From positions 1 to 47,600 of the forward strand of contig CANRKV010000001.1 in assembly GCA_947631305.1 (NCBI GenBank): a DNA stretch of 47,600 nucleotides. The letters are read 5' to 3'. Position 1 is the stretch's first letter. The number at the start of each line of letters is the position of its first letter. The notes beneath the pieces are model-generated. The model was given only the letters and a program-made list of their open reading frames with translations, ran no database searches and had not been told where the DNA came from. Made by a program: the position numbers and the translations under genes. Positions 35,385-44,675 of this stretch are shown one piece after another. The stretch is from an uncultured Jeotgalicoccus sp. Its GTDB lineage: Bacteria > Bacillota > Bacilli > Staphylococcales > Salinicoccaceae.

Positions 35385-35930
35385 TTAATACGGACTGTGA
35401 ATGCTGAAGTAAATTACGTAAACGATAATCCACACACAAAGCCATATTATAATTTTCACACGCATGGAAAGTTTCCTAAATATATAATGCGACAACACAT
35501 ATGCGATTACGGATACTGCTAAAAAACGCAGCAGTCTTGCCGGAATTGTAAATACAAGAAACAGTACGATTCCCGTATACTCTGGTGCAGCTGAGGCAAA
35601 CAGTTTATATGGTACGCCAAATAGGGGACCGGTAATCAGTGCGGTAAATGTGCTGTCTGCCATAGAGTTATGAACATGTTCTATCATATATTCATGAACA
35701 GCGGGAATGCTGAGCATCATTGTTTCGACATACTCAGAATTAAAACTGCTCCATATAAATATTATTATGCCGCCGAGCATTGCTCCGGTTACGGCGACTA
35801 AATTCGCGTACAGTACAAATTTAAGTTTCTTCGTCTTGAGGGCATACATCGACAAAATAACATCCGGAATGATAAAAAACCACGTTGCTTCACTCAGGCC
35901 CCATATAAATATAATAATCATCATTACCAT
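35385..35930 (-). CDS. YqaA/DedA-like (SNARE-associated/VTT) membrane protein
   Basis: WGLSEATWFFIIPD, GAMLGG, GVPYKLF and ARLLRF motifs; last gene of the lipid cassette. Confidence 0.65.
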   Translation of the reverse strand: MVMMIIIFIWGLSEATWFFIIPDVILSMYALKTKKLKFVLYANLVAVTGAMLGGIIIFIWSSFNSEYVETMMLSIPAVHEYMIEHVHNSMADSTFTALITGPLFGVPYKLFASAAPEYTGIVLFLVFTIPARLLRFLAVSVIAYVLSHYIFRKLSMRVKIIIWLCVWIIVYVIYFSIHSPY

Positions 35931-36559
35931 TCGTTAAATTGTCCTTCCTCCTGCAATGCATCCATACGTTCGTTCATTTCAATCATAAAATCATTGCGGT
36001 TGTCGGTATAGAAAAATTTATCCCCAACAAATATATCAACAAAAAACGGCACAAAAACAAATGATCCTTTTGGCAGTGCTTTACCGAGCCCGTGTATAAA
36101 CAGCGGCACTATTGGCACTTCCGGTTTTTCACGCATCAGATAATATATGCCGCTTTTATATTTACTCAGCTGTTCTGCTTCGCCGCGGGATCCTTCAGGG
36201 AATAATATAATAATGCCATTATCGTCCAGCGCTTCAAGTACAGGTTTGAACATTCCTCTGAAGTCGCGTGTCATCTTCCGTTCTATCGGAATAATGTTCA
36301 TCACTTTTGTCGAGAAGAAGGCAAGGAACTTATTCTTCATAAAATAATCTCCGGCTGCAACAGGACGTACTTTTGCAAAGCTTTTTCCTCTGAATAAAGA
36401 CATCAGCACAAGTGTATCAAGGTGGCTGTTATGGTTTGCAATAATTACACAAGGGCCTTTATCCGGCAGCTTATTCCTGCCGCGTATATTCAGTCCTAAG
36501 ACAAATAAGATGACTGGTCTTACTAACAGAGCAAACAGTATATTTTTCATAATCATCAC
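35924..36559 (-). CDS. Lysophospholipid acyltransferase (PlsC family)
   Basis: ANHNSHLD (HX4D), AAGDYF, FPEGSRG, PIVP. Confidence 0.88.
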   Translation of the reverse strand: MMIMKNILFALLVRPVILFVLGLNIRGRNKLPDKGPCVIIANHNSHLDTLVLMSLFRGKSFAKVRPVAAGDYFMKNKFLAFFSTKVMNIIPIERKMTRDFRGMFKPVLEALDDNGIIILFPEGSRGEAEQLSKYKSGIYYLMREKPEVPIVPLFIHGLGKALPKGSFVFVPFFVDIFVGDKFFYTDNRNDFMIEMNERMDALQEEGQFNEW

Positions 36560-37498
36560 CTAAAAGTAGAAGTATCTCGTAAAGTGGAAAAACAGCGGTG
36601 CAGTATATGTCAGCGAATCTACACGGTCCAGTATCCCGCCGTGTCCGGGAATTATTGCCGAAGTATCTTTAATGTTTAAATCACGTTTTAATGCAGAGAT
36701 ATTAACGTCACCGATAAAACCGGTTAAGCCGATGTACAATCCGGCGATGATGCTCGCAAGGAGCGAGAAAGGCGTAATTAAAGGAGCTAAAATAACGGCG
36801 AGCACAGTCGTTGTCAGCACGCCGCCGATAAATCCGGCCCACGTTTTATTCGGTGATACTTTCGGAATAATTTTCTTTTTGCCGAGCATTTTTCCCCATA
36901 TGAACTGTGCCACATCGTTCGCCTGAGTGAGGACTACTAAAAACAGCACAAGCCCCGCACCGGCGACGCTTTCTTCACGTCCCGGCAGTACGAGCAGAAA
37001 GGCTAAGTGAGACAGCCCGAAGACCATGAGCATGACTCCCCATTGAACCGTTGCGATGGAACGGAGAAAGTTTTTTGTCTCCCCGACGATAATTGCCTGA
37101 ATAGGAATCAGCAGAAACATGTAGACGGGAATGAACACGATAAACATTCCGTACCAGCCTAAGTATATTAATAAAAACTGGATAGGAATCGTCATATACG
37201 CCCAGAACAGTACAAGACGGTGTGCCCGATTAAACGGAATGAGCGAAAAATATTCTTTTAAAGCAAGGAAGCAGAGCAGCGCCATAAAGATAAGTGAAAT
37301 TGTTGAATGAATAATGAGAGCGAATGTAAAGATTATAAACATTAACCACCACGAGCGGATGCGCATTTCTACTTCTTTCAGTCCGCTGCTGTTATTTTTC
37401 TGCTTCATTATTTTAGTAATAATAGTAGAAATTATCAGCACGGCAACAATTCCAATTAATACGTAAAGTACTTCGTCTGTCAGTAAATTTATATTCAT
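36560..37498 (-). CDS. Phosphatidate cytidylyltransferase family (YnbB-like)
   Basis: RIRSWW, FIPVYMFL, NDVAQFIWGK, SPNKTWAG, KRDLNIKD, PGHGGILDRVDSL. Confidence 0.9.
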   Translation of the reverse strand: MNINLLTDEVLYVLIGIVAVLIISTIITKIMKQKNNSSGLKEVEMRIRSWWLMFIIFTFALIIHSTISLIFMALLCFLALKEYFSLIPFNRAHRLVLFWAYMTIPIQFLLIYLGWYGMFIVFIPVYMFLLIPIQAIIVGETKNFLRSIATVQWGVMLMVFGLSHLAFLLVLPGREESVAGAGLVLFLVVLTQANDVAQFIWGKMLGKKKIIPKVSPNKTWAGFIGGVLTTTVLAVILAPLITPFSLLASIIAGLYIGLTGFIGDVNISALKRDLNIKDTSAIIPGHGGILDRVDSLTYTAPLFFHFTRYFYF

Positions 37499-38100
37499 TG
37501 TGATTCCTCCAGTCCGCCGAGTACGCGTTTATAAATATTAACTGCTATTAATACTGAGGCGATAGTGAACACGATATGTAAGTACGGCTCGAGCGGGATA
37601 TTGAACAGCAGCAATACTGCAACAGCACCGATTAAAAATGCGCGGTCGCTTTTTCCCATCGGTCCGTCATAGTGCCGTTCACCAGCTGTGACTTCCGACA
37701 GGACTCCGGCCATTTCACTAATAATTGACAGTGAAATAAAAATAATTACACTCGCCGGAAAGGTTTGAGTGAGGAGTAAAAAAGGAATGAATAATGCAGT
37801 ATCACTGATGACATCTGTCAGTTCATTTAAAAACTTTCCGAGACGGCTTTGTAAGTTGAATTTTTTCGCAAGAACCCCGTCAATCGCGTTCATCGCCATA
37901 CGGACAAACATGAATATTGGAATGACGGCATAGATCCAGGATGATTCATAATTAAAATAAAAAAGCACACCTATAATAATTGATAATAGGCATGCTGATA
38001 TTGTCACCTGATTCGGGGTGACATGATTTTTATGAAGAAGATTTACGAGCGGCATAAGCATCTGCTGGAATTTTGGTTTTAATTCATAAATGCTGATCAT
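37495..38100 (-). CDS. CDP-alcohol phosphatidyltransferase family (YnbA-like)
   Basis: SIYELKPKFQ, TPNQVT, RMAMNAIDGVLA...G..LNELTDVISD, YDGPMGKSDRA. Confidence 0.9.
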   Translation of the reverse strand: MISIYELKPKFQQMLMPLVNLLHKNHVTPNQVTISACLLSIIIGVLFYFNYESSWIYAVIPIFMFVRMAMNAIDGVLAKKFNLQSRLGKFLNELTDVISDTALFIPFLLLTQTFPASVIIFISLSIISEMAGVLSEVTAGERHYDGPMGKSDRAFLIGAVAVLLLFNIPLEPYLHIVFTIASVLIAVNIYKRVLGGLEESQ

Positions 38101-38132
38101 TTAAAATCACTCCAATATTCTATAGTCAAAAG

Positions 38133-38561
38133 CTAATATTTAATTTCCCGATCGAGCAGATACAATATAATATTGTCGTTTTCTGCGATGAGTTTAAAGC
38201 CTTTGTACTGCAGCCATGTTCTCGAAAAAGAAGTACGGTAATATTCATGTGAAAGTATGTAAATTTTACTGACATCTGCTGCTTCTGTTAAATATGCATC
38301 GAGCAGCTTTGAACCGATGCCGGGAGTAGGATGACCTGCGTGCATTACAATCTCAGCAATATACTGATTGTGATTGCCGTCGCCGCTTGAGCGGATAATA
38401 CCGATCAGCTGATTATCGTCGATCACACTGATACAGTAATCAGAATTTAAAATGCTGCTGTAAAGCTGATCGTAATCAGTATAAAGCTCAGTATCTCCGG
38501 AAGTGTAAAGTTCGACGACATCGTCCTGTGACATGTTTTTCTCAGCTGTAATAATAACCAT
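38133..38561 (-). CDS. GNAT-like acetyltransferase
   Basis: QLIGIIRSSGDG, GIGSKLL, KGF; the acetyl-CoA-binding motif is degenerate. Confidence 0.65.
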   Translation of the reverse strand: MVIITAEKNMSQDDVVELYTSGDTELYTDYDQLYSSILNSDYCISVIDDNQLIGIIRSSGDGNHNQYIAEIVMHAGHPTPGIGSKLLDAYLTEAADVSKIYILSHEYYRTSFSRTWLQYKGFKLIAENDNIILYLLDREIKY

Positions 38562-38602
38562 GATTCACCCCGTAATTAATGTAAGTAATTAATTATATCA
38601 AG

Positions 38603-38643
38603 AATTTTCAGATATTGAAAGATGGCGTGTGGTTGTTTATAAT
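38603..38643 (+). promoter_or_regulatory. sigmaA promoter with overlapping CodY-like box
   Basis: TTGAAA(38615)-17nt-TATAAT(38638). AATTTTCAGATATTG (38603-38617) has 3 mismatches to AATTTTCWGAAAATT. Confidence 0.6.
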
Positions 38644-38711
38644 CATAACTGTATACGGTTTCAAAGAAAAGTGAAATGTAAATAAAATACTTTAGAAACA
38701 GGGTGTTGTAA

Positions 38712-39137
38712 ATGGAGCTTCAATTATATTTTTATCATCATGAAATAAGTATGTCGCCGGAGACGGTATTCAGTACGATTAATAATGATGAAAAACTATT
38801 AAATACTATAGAAAAACTAACGGATATTGAGTACATAAACAGCACTCCAGGCTCGAGAGAGGCAGGCACGAGAGGAATACTTCAATACAATGGTGATGCT
38901 GTTGAAGCTGAAATTGTCCAGTACAGAGCGGACAGAAGAATCGAAGTGGAGTTAGAAATTCCAGCGGGGACATTAGTAGCGATGTTTAATATCGTGCCGG
39001 TGGAAGACCGTTCTGAAGTGACGATATCGGCAAAACTCTTTACTGATTCCGCAGTGAGTTTTGCACTTTATGCACTTAAAATACCTGCTGTTAAAAAACA
39101 GTTTAATAAAGATATGAAGAGACTGGAACGTAACTAG
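38712..39137 (+). CDS. Hypothetical protein, probable SRPBCC/START-like fold
   Basis: 141 aa; I..SPE.VF start, beta-rich core, C-terminal helix (DMKRLE). Confidence 0.55.
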   Translation: MELQLYFYHHEISMSPETVFSTINNDEKLLNTIEKLTDIEYINSTPGSREAGTRGILQYNGDAVEAEIVQYRADRRIEVELEIPAGTLVAMFNIVPVEDRSEVTISAKLFTDSAVSFALYALKIPAVKKQFNKDMKRLERN

Positions 39138-39170
39138 CATCTCTATGCATTAACCGGGAGGAGACCAGGA

Positions 39171-39899
39171 ATGGAAGTAAAACAGTACGCAGAAGATGCA
39201 CTCACGATTAATCTCGGCAGCGAAGTTGATGAAAAAATTAACAGGCAGCTTGTGCAGCTGAAATCGGCTGTAACACAGCTTGAATTAGAAGGTATTACTG
39301 ATATCGTTTTGTCTTATACGAGTCTGATTATTTACTTCGATGTGCTTAAAGCAGATTCCAAAAAAATAACAGCAGCTTTAAAAACGCTGGATTTGACTGA
39401 ACTGGAAGACATGGAATATGCATATAAAGTCGTTAAAATACCGGTGTGCTACGGTGGAGAATTTGGGCCGGATATCGAACGTTTTAAAGAAAACGGTCTA
39501 ACACCGGAAGAGGTAATCCATACGCACAGCGACACAGAGTATCTTGTCTACATGCTCGGATTTATGCCGGGATTTCCTTTCCTCGGAGGACTTAACGAAA
39601 AACTGTTTAAAGCGAGACTGGATTCGCCGCGAACTAATATTCCTGCAGGCTCCGTCGGTATCGGCGGACAGCAGACCGGCATGTATCCATTTGATTCCCC
39701 GGGAGGATGGAATCTCCTCGGAAGAACACCGGTTCCTTTATACGACAGCGCACGGGAAGATGCGATTCTGTATGAAGCCGGTGACAGAATTATTTATACG
39801 GCAATTGATGAAGAAGAATATGCCTGGATAAAAGAGGCATACGATAAAGGTGAATATACAGTCGAAACTGAATACAGAGGTGAAGAAGATGGCGCTTAA
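39171..39899 (+). CDS. pxpB: 5-oxoprolinase subunit B (KipI/AHS1)
   Basis: IPVCYGGEFGPD, YMLGFMPGFPFLGG, PAGSVGIGG, SPGGWNLLGRTP. Confidence 0.9.
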   Translation: MEVKQYAEDALTINLGSEVDEKINRQLVQLKSAVTQLELEGITDIVLSYTSLIIYFDVLKADSKKITAALKTLDLTELEDMEYAYKVVKIPVCYGGEFGPDIERFKENGLTPEEVIHTHSDTEYLVYMLGFMPGFPFLGGLNEKLFKARLDSPRTNIPAGSVGIGGQQTGMYPFDSPGGWNLLGRTPVPLYDSAREDAILYEAGDRIIYTAIDEEEYAWIKEAYDKGEYTVETEYRGEEDGA

Positions 39900-40878
39900 A
39901 ATAATAAATCCGGGATTGTTTACGACGGTGCAGGACCTCGGCCGTTACGGTTATGAATCTTACGGCTTCACACCTGCCGGCGCAATGGATTATGAAAGCT
40001 GTTACCTTGCGAATGCGCTGCTCGGTAATGACTATGACTGTGCCGTTCTTGAAATGACATTATATGGTGTGACTTTTGAAGTGCTGCACAGTACGAGTAT
40101 GGCCTCCTCAGGCGCGGATATGGAACTGACAATCAATAATCAGCCATTTGATACCGGTGCTGCTGTGGACCTTGTTAAAGGTGACGTGGTGAAATTCGGG
40201 GGTGTTGTAAAAGGTGCCCGTACATATGCAGCTTTCAGCGGCGGACTGGATCTGCCGAAAGAACTCGGGAGCTATGCAACGCATACGAGAAGCAGCATGG
40301 GCGGCTTTAAAGGAAGAGTGCTTAAAGCCGGAGATATTTTACCGGTTAAAGAAAAAACGGTCGAGCATCATTTCAGTAAAACAACTAAGGAACTGGATGA
40401 AGGCAATGAAATACGTTTTATTCCGGGCCAGCAGCATGACAGATTTGATGCTGAAAATAAAAAAATATTCACAACCAATGAATATACTGTAACGAAAGAC
40501 AGTGACCGGATGGGCTGCCGTCTTGACGGTGCGGTGGTTGAAGCAGCGGACGATAATGACATTTTAAGCGAACCGACGCAGTTCGGCAGCATTCAGGTAC
40601 CTAAAAACGGACAGCCGATTATTTTACTCGCTGACAGACAGACTGCAGGCGGTTATAAAAAAATCGGCACTGTTGCGAAAGTGGACCTTCCTAAAATTGC
40701 CCAGAAGAAACCGGGTGAGACAGTAACATTTAAAGAAATCAGCGTTGAAGAAGCAGCTCAGCTGTATAAAGACAGCCTCAGAGCTTTAACAGACGGTACC
40801 TATATTGAAACATCGGTGAAATTTGGATTGACAAGACGCCGGGATGCATTAAGTATCGTGCAATTAATGGAGGGATAA
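39889..40878 (+). CDS. pxpC: 5-oxoprolinase subunit C (KipA/AHS2)
   Basis: TTVQDLGR, GAMD, ANALLGN, SDRMG, GSIQVP, DRQTAGGY. Confidence 0.9.
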   Translation: MALKIINPGLFTTVQDLGRYGYESYGFTPAGAMDYESCYLANALLGNDYDCAVLEMTLYGVTFEVLHSTSMASSGADMELTINNQPFDTGAAVDLVKGDVVKFGGVVKGARTYAAFSGGLDLPKELGSYATHTRSSMGGFKGRVLKAGDILPVKEKTVEHHFSKTTKELDEGNEIRFIPGQQHDRFDAENKKIFTTNEYTVTKDSDRMGCRLDGAVVEAADDNDILSEPTQFGSIQVPKNGQPIILLADRQTAGGYKKIGTVAKVDLPKIAQKKPGETVTFKEISVEEAAQLYKDSLRALTDGTYIETSVKFGLTRRRDALSIVQLMEG

Positions 40879-40882
40879 GACG

Positions 40883-41314
40883 ATGGATTTTAAAGAGATT
40901 AAAAAACTGGTTAAATTATTAAAAGAAGAAGATTTGGCAGTACTCAGCATCTCGGATGATGATACACATATTCATATCGAGCAGAAAGGTACAGCAGTTT
41001 CAGCGGAGCCTGTGTCACAGGCCGGCTCTGCTCCAGCGGCTGTACAGAATGAAGCATCTTCAGGACTGGTTGAAATAACAGCGGGACAAATCGGCACATT
41101 TTATAATCAGAAAGATGAAAACAGCGAAGAGACATTTGTTTCAGTGGGAGACAAAATCGCCAAGGGCGACCAGGTCGGTTTTATCGAAGCGATGAAAGTG
41201 TTCAATGATGTAAAAAGCGACGTGGCAGGTGCAGTTGAAGAAATTACAGTGGCAAATGGAGATGCTGTGGAATTCGGCGACGTATTAATCCGTGTACGTC
41301 CGGAGGAGGCGTAG
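40883..41314 (+). CDS. Biotin carboxyl carrier protein (AccB-like paralog)
   Basis: EAMKVFN biotinylation motif, GTFY, VEFG. Confidence 0.9.
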   Translation: MDFKEIKKLVKLLKEEDLAVLSISDDDTHIHIEQKGTAVSAEPVSQAGSAPAAVQNEASSGLVEITAGQIGTFYNQKDENSEETFVSVGDKIAKGDQVGFIEAMKVFNDVKSDVAGAVEEITVANGDAVEFGDVLIRVRPEEA

Positions 41315-41316
41315 CA

Positions 41317-42663
41317 ATGAAGAAGGTTTTAATTGCGAACCGCGGTGAAATCGCGGTAAGAATTATCCGTACTTTAAAAGAGATGAATATCACGAGTGTT
41401 GCGGTTTATTCGAGCGGCGACAGGGACAGCCTTCATGTTGCACTGGCAGACGAGGCTTACTGTATCGGCGGACCGAAGAGTGCCGAAAGCTATTTAAATA
41501 TTGATAACATTTTACAGGCAGCACTAATGGCTAAAGCAGATGCTGTTCATCCGGGATACGGGTTTTTATCGGAAACACCTGAATTTGCTAAACGGACTGA
41601 AGAGCTCGGTTTGATATTCATCGGACCGGCGCCTGAAACTATGGAAAAGATGGGCGACAAATCCATGGCGCGCCAGACAATGGAAGAAGCAGGCGTACCG
41701 GTTATTCCGGGCAGTGACGGCATCGTGAAGTCAAAAGATGAAGTGAAAAAACTCGCTGGGGAAATTACTTATCCAATCGTCATTAAAGCCGTTTCAGGCG
41801 GGGGCGGTAAAGGAATGCGTTTTGCACACAGCGATGAAGACGTCGACAAGTTATATGACGAAGCAAAAAAAGAAGCGAAAAGTTCTTTTAATGATGATCG
41901 TCTGTACATCGAAAAATATATCCCGAAAGCGCGTCATATTGAAATTCAGGTTATCGGTGACGGTAAGGGCGACGCAATACATTTATTTGAGCGGGACTGC
42001 TCAATTCAAAGAAATAATCAAAAACTGCTGGAAGAGGCGCCGGCGACAATTCTCAGTGAGTCGGAGCGTGCTGACATTACGGAAACGACGCGTGAGGCGA
42101 TTGCCAGGCTGAATTACCGCGGTGCAGGAACGATTGAATACTTATATGTCGCAGCAGAAAAAAGATTTTATTTTATCGAGATGAACACGCGTGTGCAGGT
42201 GGAACATACAGTTTCAGAAGAAGTGACGGGCATCGATATTATCAAAGCACAGATTAACGTGGCATTTAATAATGATATCGGCATTACACAGGATGAAGTG
42301 AAGCTTTCAGGCCATGCAATTGAAGCCCGCATTAATGCGGAAGATCCGGATAACCGGTTTATGCCGTCTCCCGGTAAAATTGATAAAGTACATTTCGGTC
42401 TCGGAAGAAATGTCCGCGTGGACACGCATATTTACAATGGTTATTCCATCCCGCCTTATTACGACTCGATGATTGCTAAAATTATCGTTAAAGCTGACAA
42501 CCGTAAGGATGCATTATTCAAACTGAAGCTCGTCCTCGGTGAAACTGTTATCGAACCGATAAAGACGAATTTAGATTTTCAGCATTACCTGACGGGACAT
42601 CCGAAAGTTTTAGAAAATGATTACGATATTAAGTTTATTCATACAGAAAATATTATTGAGTAA
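41317..42663 (+). CDS. Biotin carboxylase (AccC-like paralog)
   Basis: LIANRGEIAVR, HPGYGFLSE, GGGGKGMR, ERDCSIQR, EMNTRVQVEH, YYDSMIAK. Confidence 0.93.
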   Translation: MKKVLIANRGEIAVRIIRTLKEMNITSVAVYSSGDRDSLHVALADEAYCIGGPKSAESYLNIDNILQAALMAKADAVHPGYGFLSETPEFAKRTEELGLIFIGPAPETMEKMGDKSMARQTMEEAGVPVIPGSDGIVKSKDEVKKLAGEITYPIVIKAVSGGGGKGMRFAHSDEDVDKLYDEAKKEAKSSFNDDRLYIEKYIPKARHIEIQVIGDGKGDAIHLFERDCSIQRNNQKLLEEAPATILSESERADITETTREAIARLNYRGAGTIEYLYVAAEKRFYFIEMNTRVQVEHTVSEEVTGIDIIKAQINVAFNNDIGITQDEVKLSGHAIEARINAEDPDNRFMPSPGKIDKVHFGLGRNVRVDTHIYNGYSIPPYYDSMIAKIIVKADNRKDALFKLKLVLGETVIEPIKTNLDFQHYLTGHPKVLENDYDIKFIHTENIIE

Positions 42664-42675
42664 AGGATGATTTAA

Positions 42676-43440
42676 TTGAGTAAATTAACGATTGATTTAA
42701 ATGCGGACCTTGGAGAGAGTTACGGAAACTATAAAGTAGGCAGTGACGCTGAAATTATTCCGCTGATCTCATCGGCAAACGTAGCATGCGGGTTTCACGC
42801 GAGTGATCCGGGTGTCATGATTGAAACGGTTAAACGAATTAAAGAGTCCGGTTCAACAGGACTTGGTGCACATCCCGGATTTCCGGATTTAATGGGATTC
42901 GGACGCCGTTATATGGAACTGTCTGATGATGAGGTCCATGCAATTATGCTTTATCAGCTGTCTGCATTGGATGGTATTGCCCGGACATACGGTCTTAAAC
43001 TTAACCATGTTAAACCGCATGGTGCACTTTACAACGCAACATTTAAGAATGAAAATCTAGCGCGTGTTATCGCACAGGCAGTTAAGGATTTTAATCCGAA
43101 TTTAAAACTGATGGGACTGGCTAATAATAACTTAGTTAAAGCCGGTAAAGCTCTCGGTCTTGATGTGATTAATGAAGTGTTTGCAGACCGTGCTTATGAA
43201 GATGATGGCACGCTCGTATCACGAAGTCAAAATGGTGCAATGATTACCGACAGCAACCTTGCTACAGAACGGGTTGTCCGCATGATTACCGAAGGTAAAG
43301 TAGAAAGTATCAACGGTAAAGATGTGGAAATTCAGGCGGACAGCATATGTGTCCATGGTGATGGGGAAAAAGCATTGGAATTTGTTAAAGAAATCAGACG
43401 GCAGCTGGAAGAGAAAGGGATTGCTATCGAAACGTTATAA
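42676..43440 (+). CDS. pxpA: 5-oxoprolinase subunit A (LamB/YcsF)
   Basis: DLNADLGESYG, ANVACGFHA, HVKPHGALYN, EVFADRAY, CVHGD; TTG start. Confidence 0.92.
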   Translation: MSKLTIDLNADLGESYGNYKVGSDAEIIPLISSANVACGFHASDPGVMIETVKRIKESGSTGLGAHPGFPDLMGFGRRYMELSDDEVHAIMLYQLSALDGIARTYGLKLNHVKPHGALYNATFKNENLARVIAQAVKDFNPNLKLMGLANNNLVKAGKALGLDVINEVFADRAYEDDGTLVSRSQNGAMITDSNLATERVVRMITEGKVESINGKDVEIQADSICVHGDGEKALEFVKEIRRQLEEKGIAIETL

Positions 43441-43455
43441 TTAAGGGGTGCAAAT

Positions 43456-44667
43456 ATGGAGAACAAACCGAAGATTACAGCCGCGCAGCGCAGACTGCTG
43501 TTCGGTGCAGTGTTCCTGATGGCAACATCGTCAATCGGGCCTGCATTTTTAACACAGACAACAGTATTTACACAGCAGTTTATGGCGAGTTTCGCCTTTG
43601 CAATTTTAGCTTCTATCGTTATCGATATCGGGGCGCAGCTCAATATATGGCGCGTATTGTCAGTCAGCGGGAAACGGGGACAGGATGTTGCGAACGAAGT
43701 GTTTCCGGGACTCGGTTCACTGGTTGCAGTACTTATCGTCATCGGTGGTTTTGCATTTAACATCGGTAACGTCGCCGGTGCCGGACTTGGTTTTAATGCG
43801 ATATTCGGCTGGGATGTAAGAATAGGTGCCGCAATTACAGGTATCTTTGCAATTATTATATTTTTAATTAAAAACGGCCGCGCCGTTATGGATATCGTGA
43901 CACAGGTCTTAGGTGTGCTGATGATTGGTATCGTTACTTATGTAATGATTATTTCAGAGCCGCCGGTTGCTGAAGCGGCGAAAAGAGCGATTATGCCGGA
44001 AGATCCAATAGCAATGCTTCTGCCGATTATTACATTGGTTGGGGGAACAGTCGGAGGTTACATTACTTTCGCTGGTGCCCACCGTTTAATCGAAGCGGGC
44101 ATGACGGGAGAGAAGAACCTGCGTTTTGTCAGCCACGCTGCCAACTGGGGAATTTTAACGACGGGTGTCATGCGCGTACTTCTGTTCCTTGCCGTACTTG
44201 GTGTACTGAGTCAAGGTGCAGTATTGTCAGAAGAAAACCCGCCGGCATCAGTATTCGAATTTGCGCTTGGTGATATCGGTATGAAAATATTCGGTGTTGT
44301 GCTGCTTGCAGCAGCATTATCTTCTGTAATCGGTGCAGCATATACAAGTGCGAGCTTTATGCGCTCATTTAATTCGGTGTTTGACCGTTATAACAATATC
44401 GTCATCGTCGTCTTTATTGCGACATCAACATTGATTTTCCTGTTTGTCGGGCGTCCGGTAACACTGCTTATTCTGGCAGGTTCATTCAACGGACTGATTT
44501 TACCGCTTACGCTCGGAGCAATACTGCTTGCTTCACGCAAGAAGAGTATTGTTGGAAACTACCACCATCCGACATGGATGATAGTATTCGGTGTTATCGC
44601 AGTAATCGTTACATTAATTGCAGGATTTCTGTCGTTGCAGGGTCTTGCAGACTTGTGGAATGGATAG
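43456..44667 (+). CDS. ycsG: NRAMP-like transporter YcsG
   Basis: FLMATSSIGPAFLTQT, FNIGNVAGAG, GGTVGGYITFAGAHR. Confidence 0.85.
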   Translation: MENKPKITAAQRRLLFGAVFLMATSSIGPAFLTQTTVFTQQFMASFAFAILASIVIDIGAQLNIWRVLSVSGKRGQDVANEVFPGLGSLVAVLIVIGGFAFNIGNVAGAGLGFNAIFGWDVRIGAAITGIFAIIIFLIKNGRAVMDIVTQVLGVLMIGIVTYVMIISEPPVAEAAKRAIMPEDPIAMLLPIITLVGGTVGGYITFAGAHRLIEAGMTGEKNLRFVSHAANWGILTTGVMRVLLFLAVLGVLSQGAVLSEENPPASVFEFALGDIGMKIFGVVLLAAALSSVIGAAYTSASFMRSFNSVFDRYNNIVIVVFIATSTLIFLFVGRPVTLLILAGSFNGLILPLTLGAILLASRKKSIVGNYHHPTWMIVFGVIAVIVTLIAGFLSLQGLADLWNG

Positions 44668-44675
44668 GTGATTAA

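Noticed and set aside
40883-42663. Housekeeping acetyl-CoA carboxylase accB/accC
   Set aside because: Embedded in the pxp operon rather than the usual efp/accB-accC/nusB context; treated as paralogs and left without gene symbols.
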